From: Candidatus Levyibacteriota bacterium
GTDB lineage: Bacteria > Patescibacteriota > Microgenomatia > Levybacterales > UBA12049
Assembly: GCA_016182235.1 (NCBI GenBank)
Contig: JACOXT010000004.1
Location: forward strand, 28,537-92,536
Reading direction: 5' to 3'
Length of the DNA stretch: 64,000 nt
How positions within the stretch are numbered: the first letter of the stretch is position 1; the number at the start of each line of letters is the position of its first letter. Shown piece after piece: positions 41,238 to 49,616 of this stretch. The translations under genes and the position numbers were made by a program. The notes beneath the pieces are model-generated. The model had not been told where the DNA came from. It ran no database searches and worked only from the letters and a program-made list of their open reading frames with translations.

Positions 41238-43445
41238 CTAATTGTTTTTTATTAGGCTAGTTGATTTGGGAACAAAATTACAGTTGACAAGATTTTCTGT
41301 TCCTTGCATAAAATATTCTTCTCTTCCTAAGCATTTTTTCTTCACTACGCTAGACGGTATAACTATCTTGGTATTTTCTGAATTAGCAATAAGGTTAGTC
41401 ATTATATTATTCCAAATTGGCGCTGCGCCTGTGATGCCGGAAGCAAGATTTTGACTCATTGGAGAATTATCATTATTTCCTACCCATACGCCAACGACAT
41501 AGTGAGGCGTGTAGCCGATAGTCCAGTTATCTCTTTTATTGTCTGAGGTTCCTGTTTTAACTGAGACATTGTGGTTTGGAATATTAAGTGGAGAGTTGGA
41601 GCCAAATTCCATTTCGCGCGCTTTGTTATCAGAAAGAATATCTGAGATAATAAAAGCGACTCCCGGGTCAACCACCTCTTGTTTTTCGCTATTTGACGGA
41701 TCTTTTTTCTCCTCTAGTATATTTCCCTGCGAATCAGTAAGTTTAAGAATTGGATTAAGATCAACCCTATATCCGCCATTTGCAAGAACGCCATATACAG
41801 TCGCCATATCTATCATTTTTACCTCGGCTCCTCCTAATGTGATTGCTAAGCCGTAAGAATTTGGGTCTTTCCATGTTGTAATCCCCATCTCTCGGCCCAG
41901 ATTAACCATCGTTGGTATTCCAATTTTTGAAAGAACTTTTATGGCTGGAATATTTATTGAATTCCCCAAGGCTTGCCTTAACGTTACTAATCCATGGAAC
42001 TTGCCATCATAGTTAACAGGTGAGTATGGAGGGCTGCCCAGAGTTCTGTATGTAATAGGGCTGTCGTCAAGAATTGTCGCGGCAGTAAATCCTTGAGTAA
42101 GAGCAGCGGCATAGGTTACGACTTTTATGCTTGATCCTGGTTGTCGAAGCGCAGTAGTTACGTTAAAATTCCCAACATTAGGTTCTTGGTAGTCGCGGCT
42201 TCCAACCATTGATATTATGTCTCCATTCTTGGGATTAGTAACAAGGGAAGCTCCGTTTGTTAGATTAAGATACTCATTTTTTTCTACTTCTGCTTTTAGA
42301 ATTTTTTCGACCATTTCTTGTGTTTTAAGATCAATACTTGTTATCACTCTAAGTCCGCCTTTCTCGACCATCCCCAATCCATATTTTTTAACAAGATGCT
42401 CTTTCACATACATAACAAAATGAGGAGCGTGAATCGGGACCTCTTTATTAAAAAAAACAAGTTTTTCTTTAATAGCGTCTTCTTTTTGTTTAGAATTTAT
42501 ATATCCCAATTGGTTCATTTTTGTCAAAACTTCCACTTGACGTTTTTTCCAAAGATTTTGGGATTCTCCATATGGAGAATAAAGAGTTGGGGCTCTTGTT
42601 AATCCTGCTAAAAACGCACTTTGGGCAAGATTAAGATTCTTTATTGGTTTATCGAAATATACCTCAGCCGCAGAAGCAGCGCCCCAAGCAGTCCCTCCAT
42701 ATGGAATACGATTAAAATACATTTCCAGGATTTGATCTTTTGTATAGATTCTCTCTGCCCAAAATGCTAAGATTATTTCTTTAATTTTTCTTTTTACGCT
42801 GATTTCAGAAGTTAGTAAAGTTGATTTAATGAGCTGTTGAGTGATGGTCGAACCTCCTTGCAAGGGTTGTCCTGATAAATCAGCGATTGCTGCTCGAATA
42901 ATTGCAGAAATATCAAAGCCTGAATTGGAATAAAAGTTTTTATCTTCAGCTGCAATTGTGGCTTGCTGTAGATAGATAGAGATAGACTCTAAGGGCACTA
43001 AGGTTCTATTTTGACTTGTGTAGATTTGGTAAAGTAGAGTTCCATTTCTATCAAATAACTTTGTAGTAAGAGGAGCCTCCTGAAAATCCAACTCCTTGGG
43101 ATGAGGCAGTTCTTGTAAGAAAAGAATTAAAAGTAGCGGAAGGAAAACAAAAATAAAAGAGAAAATAGAGCCAATAACAAAATACTTAATTTTATATCTA
43201 ACAGGCAAAGGGAAGATGTTGATTTCTTTTACTCGTCTTTTACTTTTTGTTTTTAAACCAAGAGTTTTTTTGCGGCTTAATCCAAACTTTATCTTAATCT
43301 TTAAAATTAGCTTAAAGATTTTTTTTGTTGCCCTAGAGACAAACTTGAATATAAATATAGTAATATCTCCAGTGCCAATAAGGATTTTTATAAATAAAGC
43401 AAGAATATTAACAATGATATCCATATTTGAAAGGAATAGAGCCAA
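41238..43445 (-). CDS. Class A penicillin-binding protein (PBP1A-type glycosyltransferase/transpeptidase), copy 1
   Basis: GT51 motifs are AAEDKNFYSNSGFD, GGSTITQQL and RKIKE. The TP motifs are SSIK (SxxK) and KTGTS. Confidence 0.9.
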   Translation of the reverse strand: MALFLSNMDIIVNILALFIKILIGTGDITIFIFKFVSRATKKIFKLILKIKIKFGLSRKKTLGLKTKSKRRVKEINIFPLPVRYKIKYFVIGSIFSFIFVFLPLLLILFLQELPHPKELDFQEAPLTTKLFDRNGTLLYQIYTSQNRTLVPLESISIYLQQATIAAEDKNFYSNSGFDISAIIRAAIADLSGQPLQGGSTITQQLIKSTLLTSEISVKRKIKEIILAFWAERIYTKDQILEMYFNRIPYGGTAWGAASAAEVYFDKPIKNLNLAQSAFLAGLTRAPTLYSPYGESQNLWKKRQVEVLTKMNQLGYINSKQKEDAIKEKLVFFNKEVPIHAPHFVMYVKEHLVKKYGLGMVEKGGLRVITSIDLKTQEMVEKILKAEVEKNEYLNLTNGASLVTNPKNGDIISMVGSRDYQEPNVGNFNVTTALRQPGSSIKVVTYAAALTQGFTAATILDDSPITYRTLGSPPYSPVNYDGKFHGLVTLRQALGNSINIPAIKVLSKIGIPTMVNLGREMGITTWKDPNSYGLAITLGGAEVKMIDMATVYGVLANGGYRVDLNPILKLTDSQGNILEEKKDPSNSEKQEVVDPGVAFIISDILSDNKAREMEFGSNSPLNIPNHNVSVKTGTSDNKRDNWTIGYTPHYVVGVWVGNNDNSPMSQNLASGITGAAPIWNNIMTNLIANSENTKIVIPSSVVKKKCLGREEYFMQGTENLVNCNFVPKSTSLIKNN

Positions 43446-43545
43446 AATCGATCTTAAGCTGTAGAATTATACAACAAATATAACTTATTTGAATAGATGG
43501 TAAATTTATATTATCTAAGGCTTATAGTAGGGAAATATAAGGTAT

Positions 43546-45735
43546 TTAGTTAGGGGCAGAGGTGGGATTTTGTTCTCCGGTTGGGGTGGGATGAGGACAA
43601 GTTATACAGTATGGTTCGCCAGCTGCGTCGTTTATTAAAACTACTTCTTTTTCTTCAATATTCTCTGTTTGGTTTGGCTTTGCAAGATCCTGAGTTGTTT
43701 TATCTATTCTAACTTTTTGTAGTCCTTCTTCCTGTTTTTTGGGCTCAGTGCCTTTTAGGAAATATTCAAATCTAGTTTCACATTTTTCCCCATCCGATTT
43801 AGGAAGAAGCCCCGAAATTGAGCAGATACTCTTTTGGATGACGTTTGGCGGCCGCGGCAGGGGTTCTATAGGCTTGTCTTTCAAAAGATAAGTCATGATC
43901 TCGTTCCAAATTGGTGCTGCCCCTGTAACTCCGGAGGTAAGTCTACCCATGGGGGTGTTGTCATTGTTGCCAACCCAAACAGCAACCACAAAAGAAGGAG
44001 TATAGCCAATAGTCCAATTATCGCGAAGGTCATTGGTGGTTCCGGTTTTTACAGAAACAGTTCGGTCTGGTATTCGAAGGGATGAGTTTGACCCAAAGGC
44101 CATCATGCGTGAGTTATTATCAGCTAGAATATCAGAAATAATAAAAGCAACGCCTTCGGGAAGAACTTTCTTACCAAAAATTGGAGAAGAAAGAGGTTTA
44201 TATTCTTCCAGAACTTTTCCGCGACTATCGGTAATCTTAAGAATTGGATGAAGATTAATTCTATACCCTTGATTTGCAAAGACTGCGTAACTTTCTCCCA
44301 TATCAAGCATGGTAACTTCTCCTCCTCCCAAAGTTAGAGAAAGTCCGTATCTGTCAGGATCGTCAAAACTAGTAATTCCCATAGCCGACGCAGTTGAAAT
44401 CATGCTTTGTATGCCGTTAAGCTTTAGCATCTTCACTGCAGGGATATTTATAGAATTTCCCAAAGCATAACGCATCTGAACTACACCATGCCAATTCCCG
44501 TCATAATTGACAGGACAATAGTTTTTACCATCCAGAGTCGGAAAGCAGACAGGAGCGTCGATAAAAGGAGTCGCGGCAGTGTATCCTTTTATGAGTCCTA
44601 CAGCATAATTAACAGGTTTTATCGAAGATCCAGGCTGACGAAGCGAAAGAACAACATTTACATTGCCGTCTATTGAGTCGTCAAAATAGTCCCGGCTTCC
44701 AACCATTGCCAAAATTTCTCCAGTTCCCGGGATAGTCACCAAGGCTGCTCCATTGGTAACATGATAGCCGGCAAGCTCTTCAATATTTTTTTTGACAGTT
44801 TTTTGGGCGAAATCTTGAATTTCATAGTCAAGGCTTGTAATAACGTTTAACCCCCCCTCTTCTACTAGTTTTTCGCCGTACTTTTTGACCAACAGATCTT
44901 TTATATAAAGAACAAAATGGGGAGCAAGAATATTGTCATAAGCTGGCTTAAATTTAAGCTTTTGCTTTAGAGCTTTTTCTTTCTGAGAGACTGTTATATA
45001 TTTTTGCTCGTACATTTTGTTAAGAATTAGGGTTTGGCGTTTTTTGGCAAATTCCGGATGAGCCCCATATGGAGAGTTGGTAGTTGGAGATTCGGGTAAC
45101 CCAGCCAAAAGAGCGCTCTCTGCAAGATCTAAGCTGCTTGTTGACTTACCAAAATACGTTTGCGCTGCTGCTTCAATTCCCCAGGCAGTCCCCCCATATG
45201 GAACTTGATTAAGATACATTTCAAGTATTTTGTCTTTTGGATAGATTGCTTCAGTTACAAAAGATAAAATAACTTCTTTAATCTTTCTTGAGATAGTTCT
45301 CTCTGGAGTTAACAAACTGTTTTTGACTAATTGTTGGGTTAAAGTAGATCCGCCTTGAAGCTCTCTACGAAATATTATTGAAACTAAAGATCTAGAAATA
45401 GCTCGAAAATCTATTGCCCCATGAGAGTAGAAATCTTTGTCTTCAATAGCAATAGTTGCTTCACGCACATGTTTTGGAATTGACGATAGCGGAATAAATT
45501 TTTGATTTCTTGAGGAGTAAATGGAGTAGAGAAGACGTTTATTTCTGTCAAAAATTTGAGTAGATTGTGCGAAATCTAGGCTATTTAACTTTGTGGGAAA
45601 AGGTAAATCTTTTAAAATGAAAAGATAAAAAAGCATTGAAATCGTAACAAAAGCAATTAGTAAAAACCATAGCTTCTTTTTTAAGCGCAACGAAAAGATA
45701 CTTTTGTTTTTTTTCGAGTGCGGGAAGCTTTGCAT
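43546..45735 (-). CDS. Class A penicillin-binding protein, copy 2
   Basis: GT51 motifs are AIEDKDFYSHGAID, GGSTLTQQL and RKIKE. The TP motifs are SSIK and KTGTT. Confidence 0.9.
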   Translation of the reverse strand: MQSFPHSKKNKSIFSLRLKKKLWFLLIAFVTISMLFYLFILKDLPFPTKLNSLDFAQSTQIFDRNKRLLYSIYSSRNQKFIPLSSIPKHVREATIAIEDKDFYSHGAIDFRAISRSLVSIIFRRELQGGSTLTQQLVKNSLLTPERTISRKIKEVILSFVTEAIYPKDKILEMYLNQVPYGGTAWGIEAAAQTYFGKSTSSLDLAESALLAGLPESPTTNSPYGAHPEFAKKRQTLILNKMYEQKYITVSQKEKALKQKLKFKPAYDNILAPHFVLYIKDLLVKKYGEKLVEEGGLNVITSLDYEIQDFAQKTVKKNIEELAGYHVTNGAALVTIPGTGEILAMVGSRDYFDDSIDGNVNVVLSLRQPGSSIKPVNYAVGLIKGYTAATPFIDAPVCFPTLDGKNYCPVNYDGNWHGVVQMRYALGNSINIPAVKMLKLNGIQSMISTASAMGITSFDDPDRYGLSLTLGGGEVTMLDMGESYAVFANQGYRINLHPILKITDSRGKVLEEYKPLSSPIFGKKVLPEGVAFIISDILADNNSRMMAFGSNSSLRIPDRTVSVKTGTTNDLRDNWTIGYTPSFVVAVWVGNNDNTPMGRLTSGVTGAAPIWNEIMTYLLKDKPIEPLPRPPNVIQKSICSISGLLPKSDGEKCETRFEYFLKGTEPKKQEEGLQKVRIDKTTQDLAKPNQTENIEEKEVVLINDAAGEPYCITCPHPTPTGEQNPTSAPN

Positions 45736-45769
45736 TGTAGTATAATAGCATGATATTTTTGGGCTTACA

Positions 45770-46729
45770 ATGTTAGAACTTAACTGGGTTGATTACATAT
45801 TAATAATAATTTTGATTGTATATGCCTTTGAAGGATATTCTGTTGGATTTCTTAGTGCTTTTTTAGATTTAGTAAGTTTGATTGTATCTTTCGTTGTGGG
45901 GTTGAAGTTTTATGGATTTTTTGCAAATATTTTAATTGATAGATTATCTATTCCCCAAGGCTTTTCAAACGCGATAGGTTTTTTTATCGCGGCGCTTCTC
46001 ACAGATGTTATTATTAAAGCCTTGATAAGGAAATTTTTTGCCCCTCATCCTACAATGTTTAAAGATTTAAATCATGTAATGGGGGTTTTCCCTGGGGTTT
46101 TATCTGCGACAATTCTTCTTTCTTTTTTATTGACTTTAATTGTTGCACTTCCTGTATCTTCGTATGTCAAAAACTCTACTTTCTCGTCTAAGATGGGTAA
46201 ATTCCTGGTTTCCAATACTCAGGGCCTTGAGAAAGATATTAATGAAGTCTTTGGGGGAGCAGTTAATGAGACTATCAATTTTTTGACAGTTGAGCCTAAA
46301 AGCAATGAAATATTAAGCCTAAACTTTAAAACTGCAAACTTCAGCATAGACAGAAATGCGGAAAACGACATGTTTAATCTTATAAATAAAGAGAGAGTGA
46401 ATCGAGGAATAAAACAGCTTGTATTTGACGATAAGCTAAGAGATGTTGGAAGATCGCATTGTAAAGACATGTTTGAGAGGGGCTACTTTTCACACTACAC
46501 CTTGGAAGGAAATTCTCCTTTTGACAGGATGGAAGAGGAGAATATTGTATATAGTCAGGCCGGAGAGAACTTAGCTCTTTCTCCAAATACTGATCTCGCG
46601 ATGCAAGGACTGATGAATAGTGAAGGCCACAAAGCAAATATATTGTCTTCGGATTTTGGAAGAGTAGGAATTGGAGTAATAGACGGAGGGATATATGGAG
46701 AAATGTTTTGTCAGGAATTTACGGATTAA
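45770..46729 (+). CDS. CvpA-like membrane domain fused to a CAP/SCP (YkwD-like) domain
   Basis: The N-terminus has 4 TM helices and begins NWVDYILIIILIVYAFEGY. The C-terminus has HCKDM, FSHY...G, ENL and GHKANIL motifs of CAP domains. Confidence 0.65.
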   Translation: MLELNWVDYILIIILIVYAFEGYSVGFLSAFLDLVSLIVSFVVGLKFYGFFANILIDRLSIPQGFSNAIGFFIAALLTDVIIKALIRKFFAPHPTMFKDLNHVMGVFPGVLSATILLSFLLTLIVALPVSSYVKNSTFSSKMGKFLVSNTQGLEKDINEVFGGAVNETINFLTVEPKSNEILSLNFKTANFSIDRNAENDMFNLINKERVNRGIKQLVFDDKLRDVGRSHCKDMFERGYFSHYTLEGNSPFDRMEEENIVYSQAGENLALSPNTDLAMQGLMNSEGHKANILSSDFGRVGIGVIDGGIYGEMFCQEFTD

Positions 46730-47736
46730 GACTGAGGTTCTTTAATAAAATAATAAACTGTTTCTGGCCTTATTTCTGGTAATTTAATTTGATCTTTTGC
46801 TACTCTTTGTGCAATTACTTCTGGTTTTGGTTTCTTAGCATCGTGTTTTTGCAGAATGTCAAGCTTATCCTGAGAAGCTTTTTCCAAAAGTTCTGAATCG
46901 TAAATATATGCAACCATGCTTTCGCAAATATCCTCATCCGTATTCTGCTTGGCATAATAATTAATGCATTGTTCAGGTTGAAGAGGAAACCGCCATTGTG
47001 GCGCCATTTCACCAGTGTTTTTGTGAAAGTAAACTTTCTTTTTTCCATCTGGAGATTCCTTAAGCTCCCATTCATTAGGATAGGAGTCACAAAGTTCCCA
47101 TTTGAACTTTTCATTCCATTCTTTTCTAAAACCATCTACTATTAGGTGAGTTAATTCATGGGTAAGTGTTCCTTCAAAATTAGAAGCTTTCTGTATTCTA
47201 TGAGGCTCAAAAGACATTCCTCTTGGAAATAATCTAAACGTTTTCCATCTAGACCAAGAATTTCCATTAGCAGGATACTTATTTGGATCTCCCAAAAGAC
47301 TAGGTTCCTGATGATCTTCTATCAAGATCCATCTTAAGTTATTGAGTATTTGGGGAAATCTTGATCCAAGCTCTTGTAGAGCCTTCTTAGCTTCCTCTAT
47401 ATGTCTTTCAGTAAAAGGTTGTTCTTCGTTCCAATTATAAAGAGTTATAGGAGAATTATCGATGGTAAATTCAACTTGTTCATTAGGTTGTCCTTTTTTT
47501 CTCCAATACTCAGTCAGAAACCAATCTTTACTTTCTCTTTCTTTTCTTACCATTTGTATAATATCTTGGTCTTTTCTGGGTTTATTTTCCTGCCCTTTAA
47601 TCGTAACGGGTGAAATGCGCCACTGCTCATAGACAGCTTTTTTTTGATCATATGTTTGTTCGTAGGTGAAAGGGAGCGGGGCTAGTTCTTGGTTTGCCAA
47701 TTCTGTTTCCATAATTATATTGCATAAGTATATCAA
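46726..47736 (-). CDS. Hypothetical protein with an HExxH motif (putative metallopeptidase)
   Basis: GTLTHELTHLIVDGF. No signal peptide is seen. The start may be the internal METEL (nt 47712). Confidence 0.45.
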   Translation of the reverse strand: MIYLCNIIMETELANQELAPLPFTYEQTYDQKKAVYEQWRISPVTIKGQENKPRKDQDIIQMVRKERESKDWFLTEYWRKKGQPNEQVEFTIDNSPITLYNWNEEQPFTERHIEEAKKALQELGSRFPQILNNLRWILIEDHQEPSLLGDPNKYPANGNSWSRWKTFRLFPRGMSFEPHRIQKASNFEGTLTHELTHLIVDGFRKEWNEKFKWELCDSYPNEWELKESPDGKKKVYFHKNTGEMAPQWRFPLQPEQCINYYAKQNTDEDICESMVAYIYDSELLEKASQDKLDILQKHDAKKPKPEVIAQRVAKDQIKLPEIRPETVYYFIKEPQS

Positions 47737-47778
47737 CAGCTATGCTATTTTGCTATATTTGCAAGTTTGTTTCGACTA

Positions 47779-47807
47779 TTGACAAGTCAATGTACATCTT
47801 GTACACT
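47779..47807 (+). promoter_or_regulatory. Sigma70-like promoter of the second antitoxin-VapC operon (near-leaderless)
   Basis: TTGACA (47779-47784), a 17-nt spacer, then TACACT (47802-47807). The ATG lies 9 nt after the -10 element. GTACA direct repeats occur in the spacer. Confidence 0.55.
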
Positions 47808-47816
47808 AAGATCATT

Positions 47817-48107
47817 ATGAAGAATGTTTTATCCGCAACTGAAGCTAGAAACAGGTTTTTTGAGATGTTAGATATAGTTAAGGATAAGGGGGAAGAGTTT
47901 GTCGTTGAAAAGGACGGTAAGCCAATTGTTAAGGTCTCACCCGCAATTAAAAAAAGAGATCCAGAAGAAATAGATAAGATTCTCAGAGAAGTAAGGGAGA
48001 TTTTTGGTAAAAAGAAAAGGAAATATTGGTCTGTTATAGATACTCCAGCGTGGAAAAAGAAAGAAAGAAGATATTTAGAAAGACTATCCAAAGGAATAAT
48101 AGATTGA
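47817..48107 (+). CDS. Type II antitoxin, Phd/YefM-like
   Basis: It begins MKNVLSATEARNRFFEMLDIVKDKGEEFVVEKDGKPIVKV. I moved the start to the ATG downstream of the promoter. Confidence 0.7.
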   Translation: MKNVLSATEARNRFFEMLDIVKDKGEEFVVEKDGKPIVKVSPAIKKRDPEEIDKILREVREIFGKKKRKYWSVIDTPAWKKKERRYLERLSKGIID

Positions 48108-48508
48108 AAGCTATTGTTTTAGATACAAATATTTTAATAGACAATGTTCATGGTTTTGTACCATGGGTTGATTCCCTACAGAAAAGAGAACATGAATACC
48201 GCTTAATTTTACCAACAATTGTTGTAGCGGAATATCTAACTGCTAGGCAAGTAGAAACAACCGAAGGATATGAGAGGTCAAAAAGATATCTTTCTCTTTT
48301 TGAAAAGATGGACCTAACAGTAGAAATTGCCGAAATATTAGGTCAAATTCTAAGACGTAAGACTTATTCGCAAGGAGCAAATACGGCTGATTTAATTATT
48401 GCCTCAACTGCCATTTACCTAGATGGAGAACTTGCTACTAATAACAGAGCTGATTTTGCTAAAATCCCTGACTTGCGTTTATTTGATCCAAAAAAGTTGA
48501 AAAACTAA
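48104..48508 (+). CDS. vapC: PIN-domain toxin, VapC-like (probable TTG start overlapping the antitoxin stop)
   Basis: It reads (L/M)KAIVLDTNILIDN...TADLIIASTAI. The TTG at 48104 gives a 4-nt overlap with the antitoxin TGA. Confidence 0.7.
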   Translation: MKAIVLDTNILIDNVHGFVPWVDSLQKREHEYRLILPTIVVAEYLTARQVETTEGYERSKRYLSLFEKMDLTVEIAEILGQILRRKTYSQGANTADLIIASTAIYLDGELATNNRADFAKIPDLRLFDPKKLKN

Positions 48509-48509
48509 C

Positions 48510-49616
48510 ATGAATCTGTCAACAATAGAAAAAGTTAATGTTTCCGGTAAAAGGGTTTTTGTGAGAGCGGATTTGGATGTTCCTCTTTCCGAGACACGAG
48601 ATTCGCAACACGAGACACGAAAAATTGAGGATGAGACGAGGTTGAGAGCTGTGATGCCGACAATTGAGTATCTTCTGGGGCATAGAGCAAAGGTTATTGT
48701 TGGAGGACATTTGGGGAGACCGGAAGGATTTGATAAGAGTTTAAGCCTTGAGCCAGTCGCGAAATGGTTAAGTATTAAGTATAAAGTATTAAGTATAAAG
48801 TATGGAAAACGCGGGGAATTTGACGGGTGGGAAATAACTCCAGATCTTTTCATTCTGGAGAACTTAAGATTTTATAAAGGCGAGGAGGCCAATGATCTTA
48901 ATTTTGCAAAAAAACTGTCAAGCTTGGCAGACGTTTATGTTAACGACGCGTTTGCGATGTCGCATAGAAATCATGCCTCAATTGTCGGGATAACAAAATT
49001 TCTGCCTCATTATGCTGGTTTTCATTTGGCAAAAGAAATAGAAATGTTAGGTAAAGCTATGGATAATCCAAAGAGACCGCTTGTTGTAATTATAGGAGGC
49101 AAAAAAATTGAAACTAAGCTTCCGTTAGTTCATAGGATGCATGAAATTGCCGACTATGTGCTTGTTGGGGGAAAAATTGCCCAAGAATCCAAAGTTCTTC
49201 TGAAAGAACAGCACTCAAAATTAACCGGAAAGAAATCAGTGCTTTTAGTTGCAGATTCCAACAGTGACAAGTCAGACATAACAGAACAAGATGCTGAAAA
49301 TTTTTTGCAAATCATTAATACAGCGCGTACTGTTATTTGGAATGGAAGTATGGGGATAATAAGTGAAAAGCGAAAAGTGAAAAGCGAAAAGAATGATACA
49401 GAGAGGGGAACGCGCTTGATCGCTAAGGGCATTATGGAGAGCGGCGCTTATTCTGTGGTTGGCGGAGGAGATACGGTTGAATTTTTAAATAAACTGGGAA
49501 TTTTAGATAAATTTTCTTTTACCTCAACAGGCGGAGGAGCAATGCTAGCGTTTTTAAGTGGTGAAAAACTTCCAGGCATCGAAGCCCTGTTAAATAACGG
49601 GCTATATCACGCTTAA
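48510..49616 (+). CDS. pgk: Phosphoglycerate kinase, with three in-frame heptamer-array inserts
   Basis: Motifs are VRADLDVPL, LENLRFYKGEE, FAMSHRNHAS, GGKKIETKL, WNGSMG and GGGD(T). Inserts lie at 48591-48618, 48769-48803 and 49361-49388. Confidence 0.9.
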   Translation: MNLSTIEKVNVSGKRVFVRADLDVPLSETRDSQHETRKIEDETRLRAVMPTIEYLLGHRAKVIVGGHLGRPEGFDKSLSLEPVAKWLSIKYKVLSIKYGKRGEFDGWEITPDLFILENLRFYKGEEANDLNFAKKLSSLADVYVNDAFAMSHRNHASIVGITKFLPHYAGFHLAKEIEMLGKAMDNPKRPLVVIIGGKKIETKLPLVHRMHEIADYVLVGGKIAQESKVLLKEQHSKLTGKKSVLLVADSNSDKSDITEQDAENFLQIINTARTVIWNGSMGIISEKRKVKSEKNDTERGTRLIAKGIMESGAYSVVGGGDTVEFLNKLGILDKFSFTSTGGGAMLAFLSGEKLPGIEALLNNGLYHA

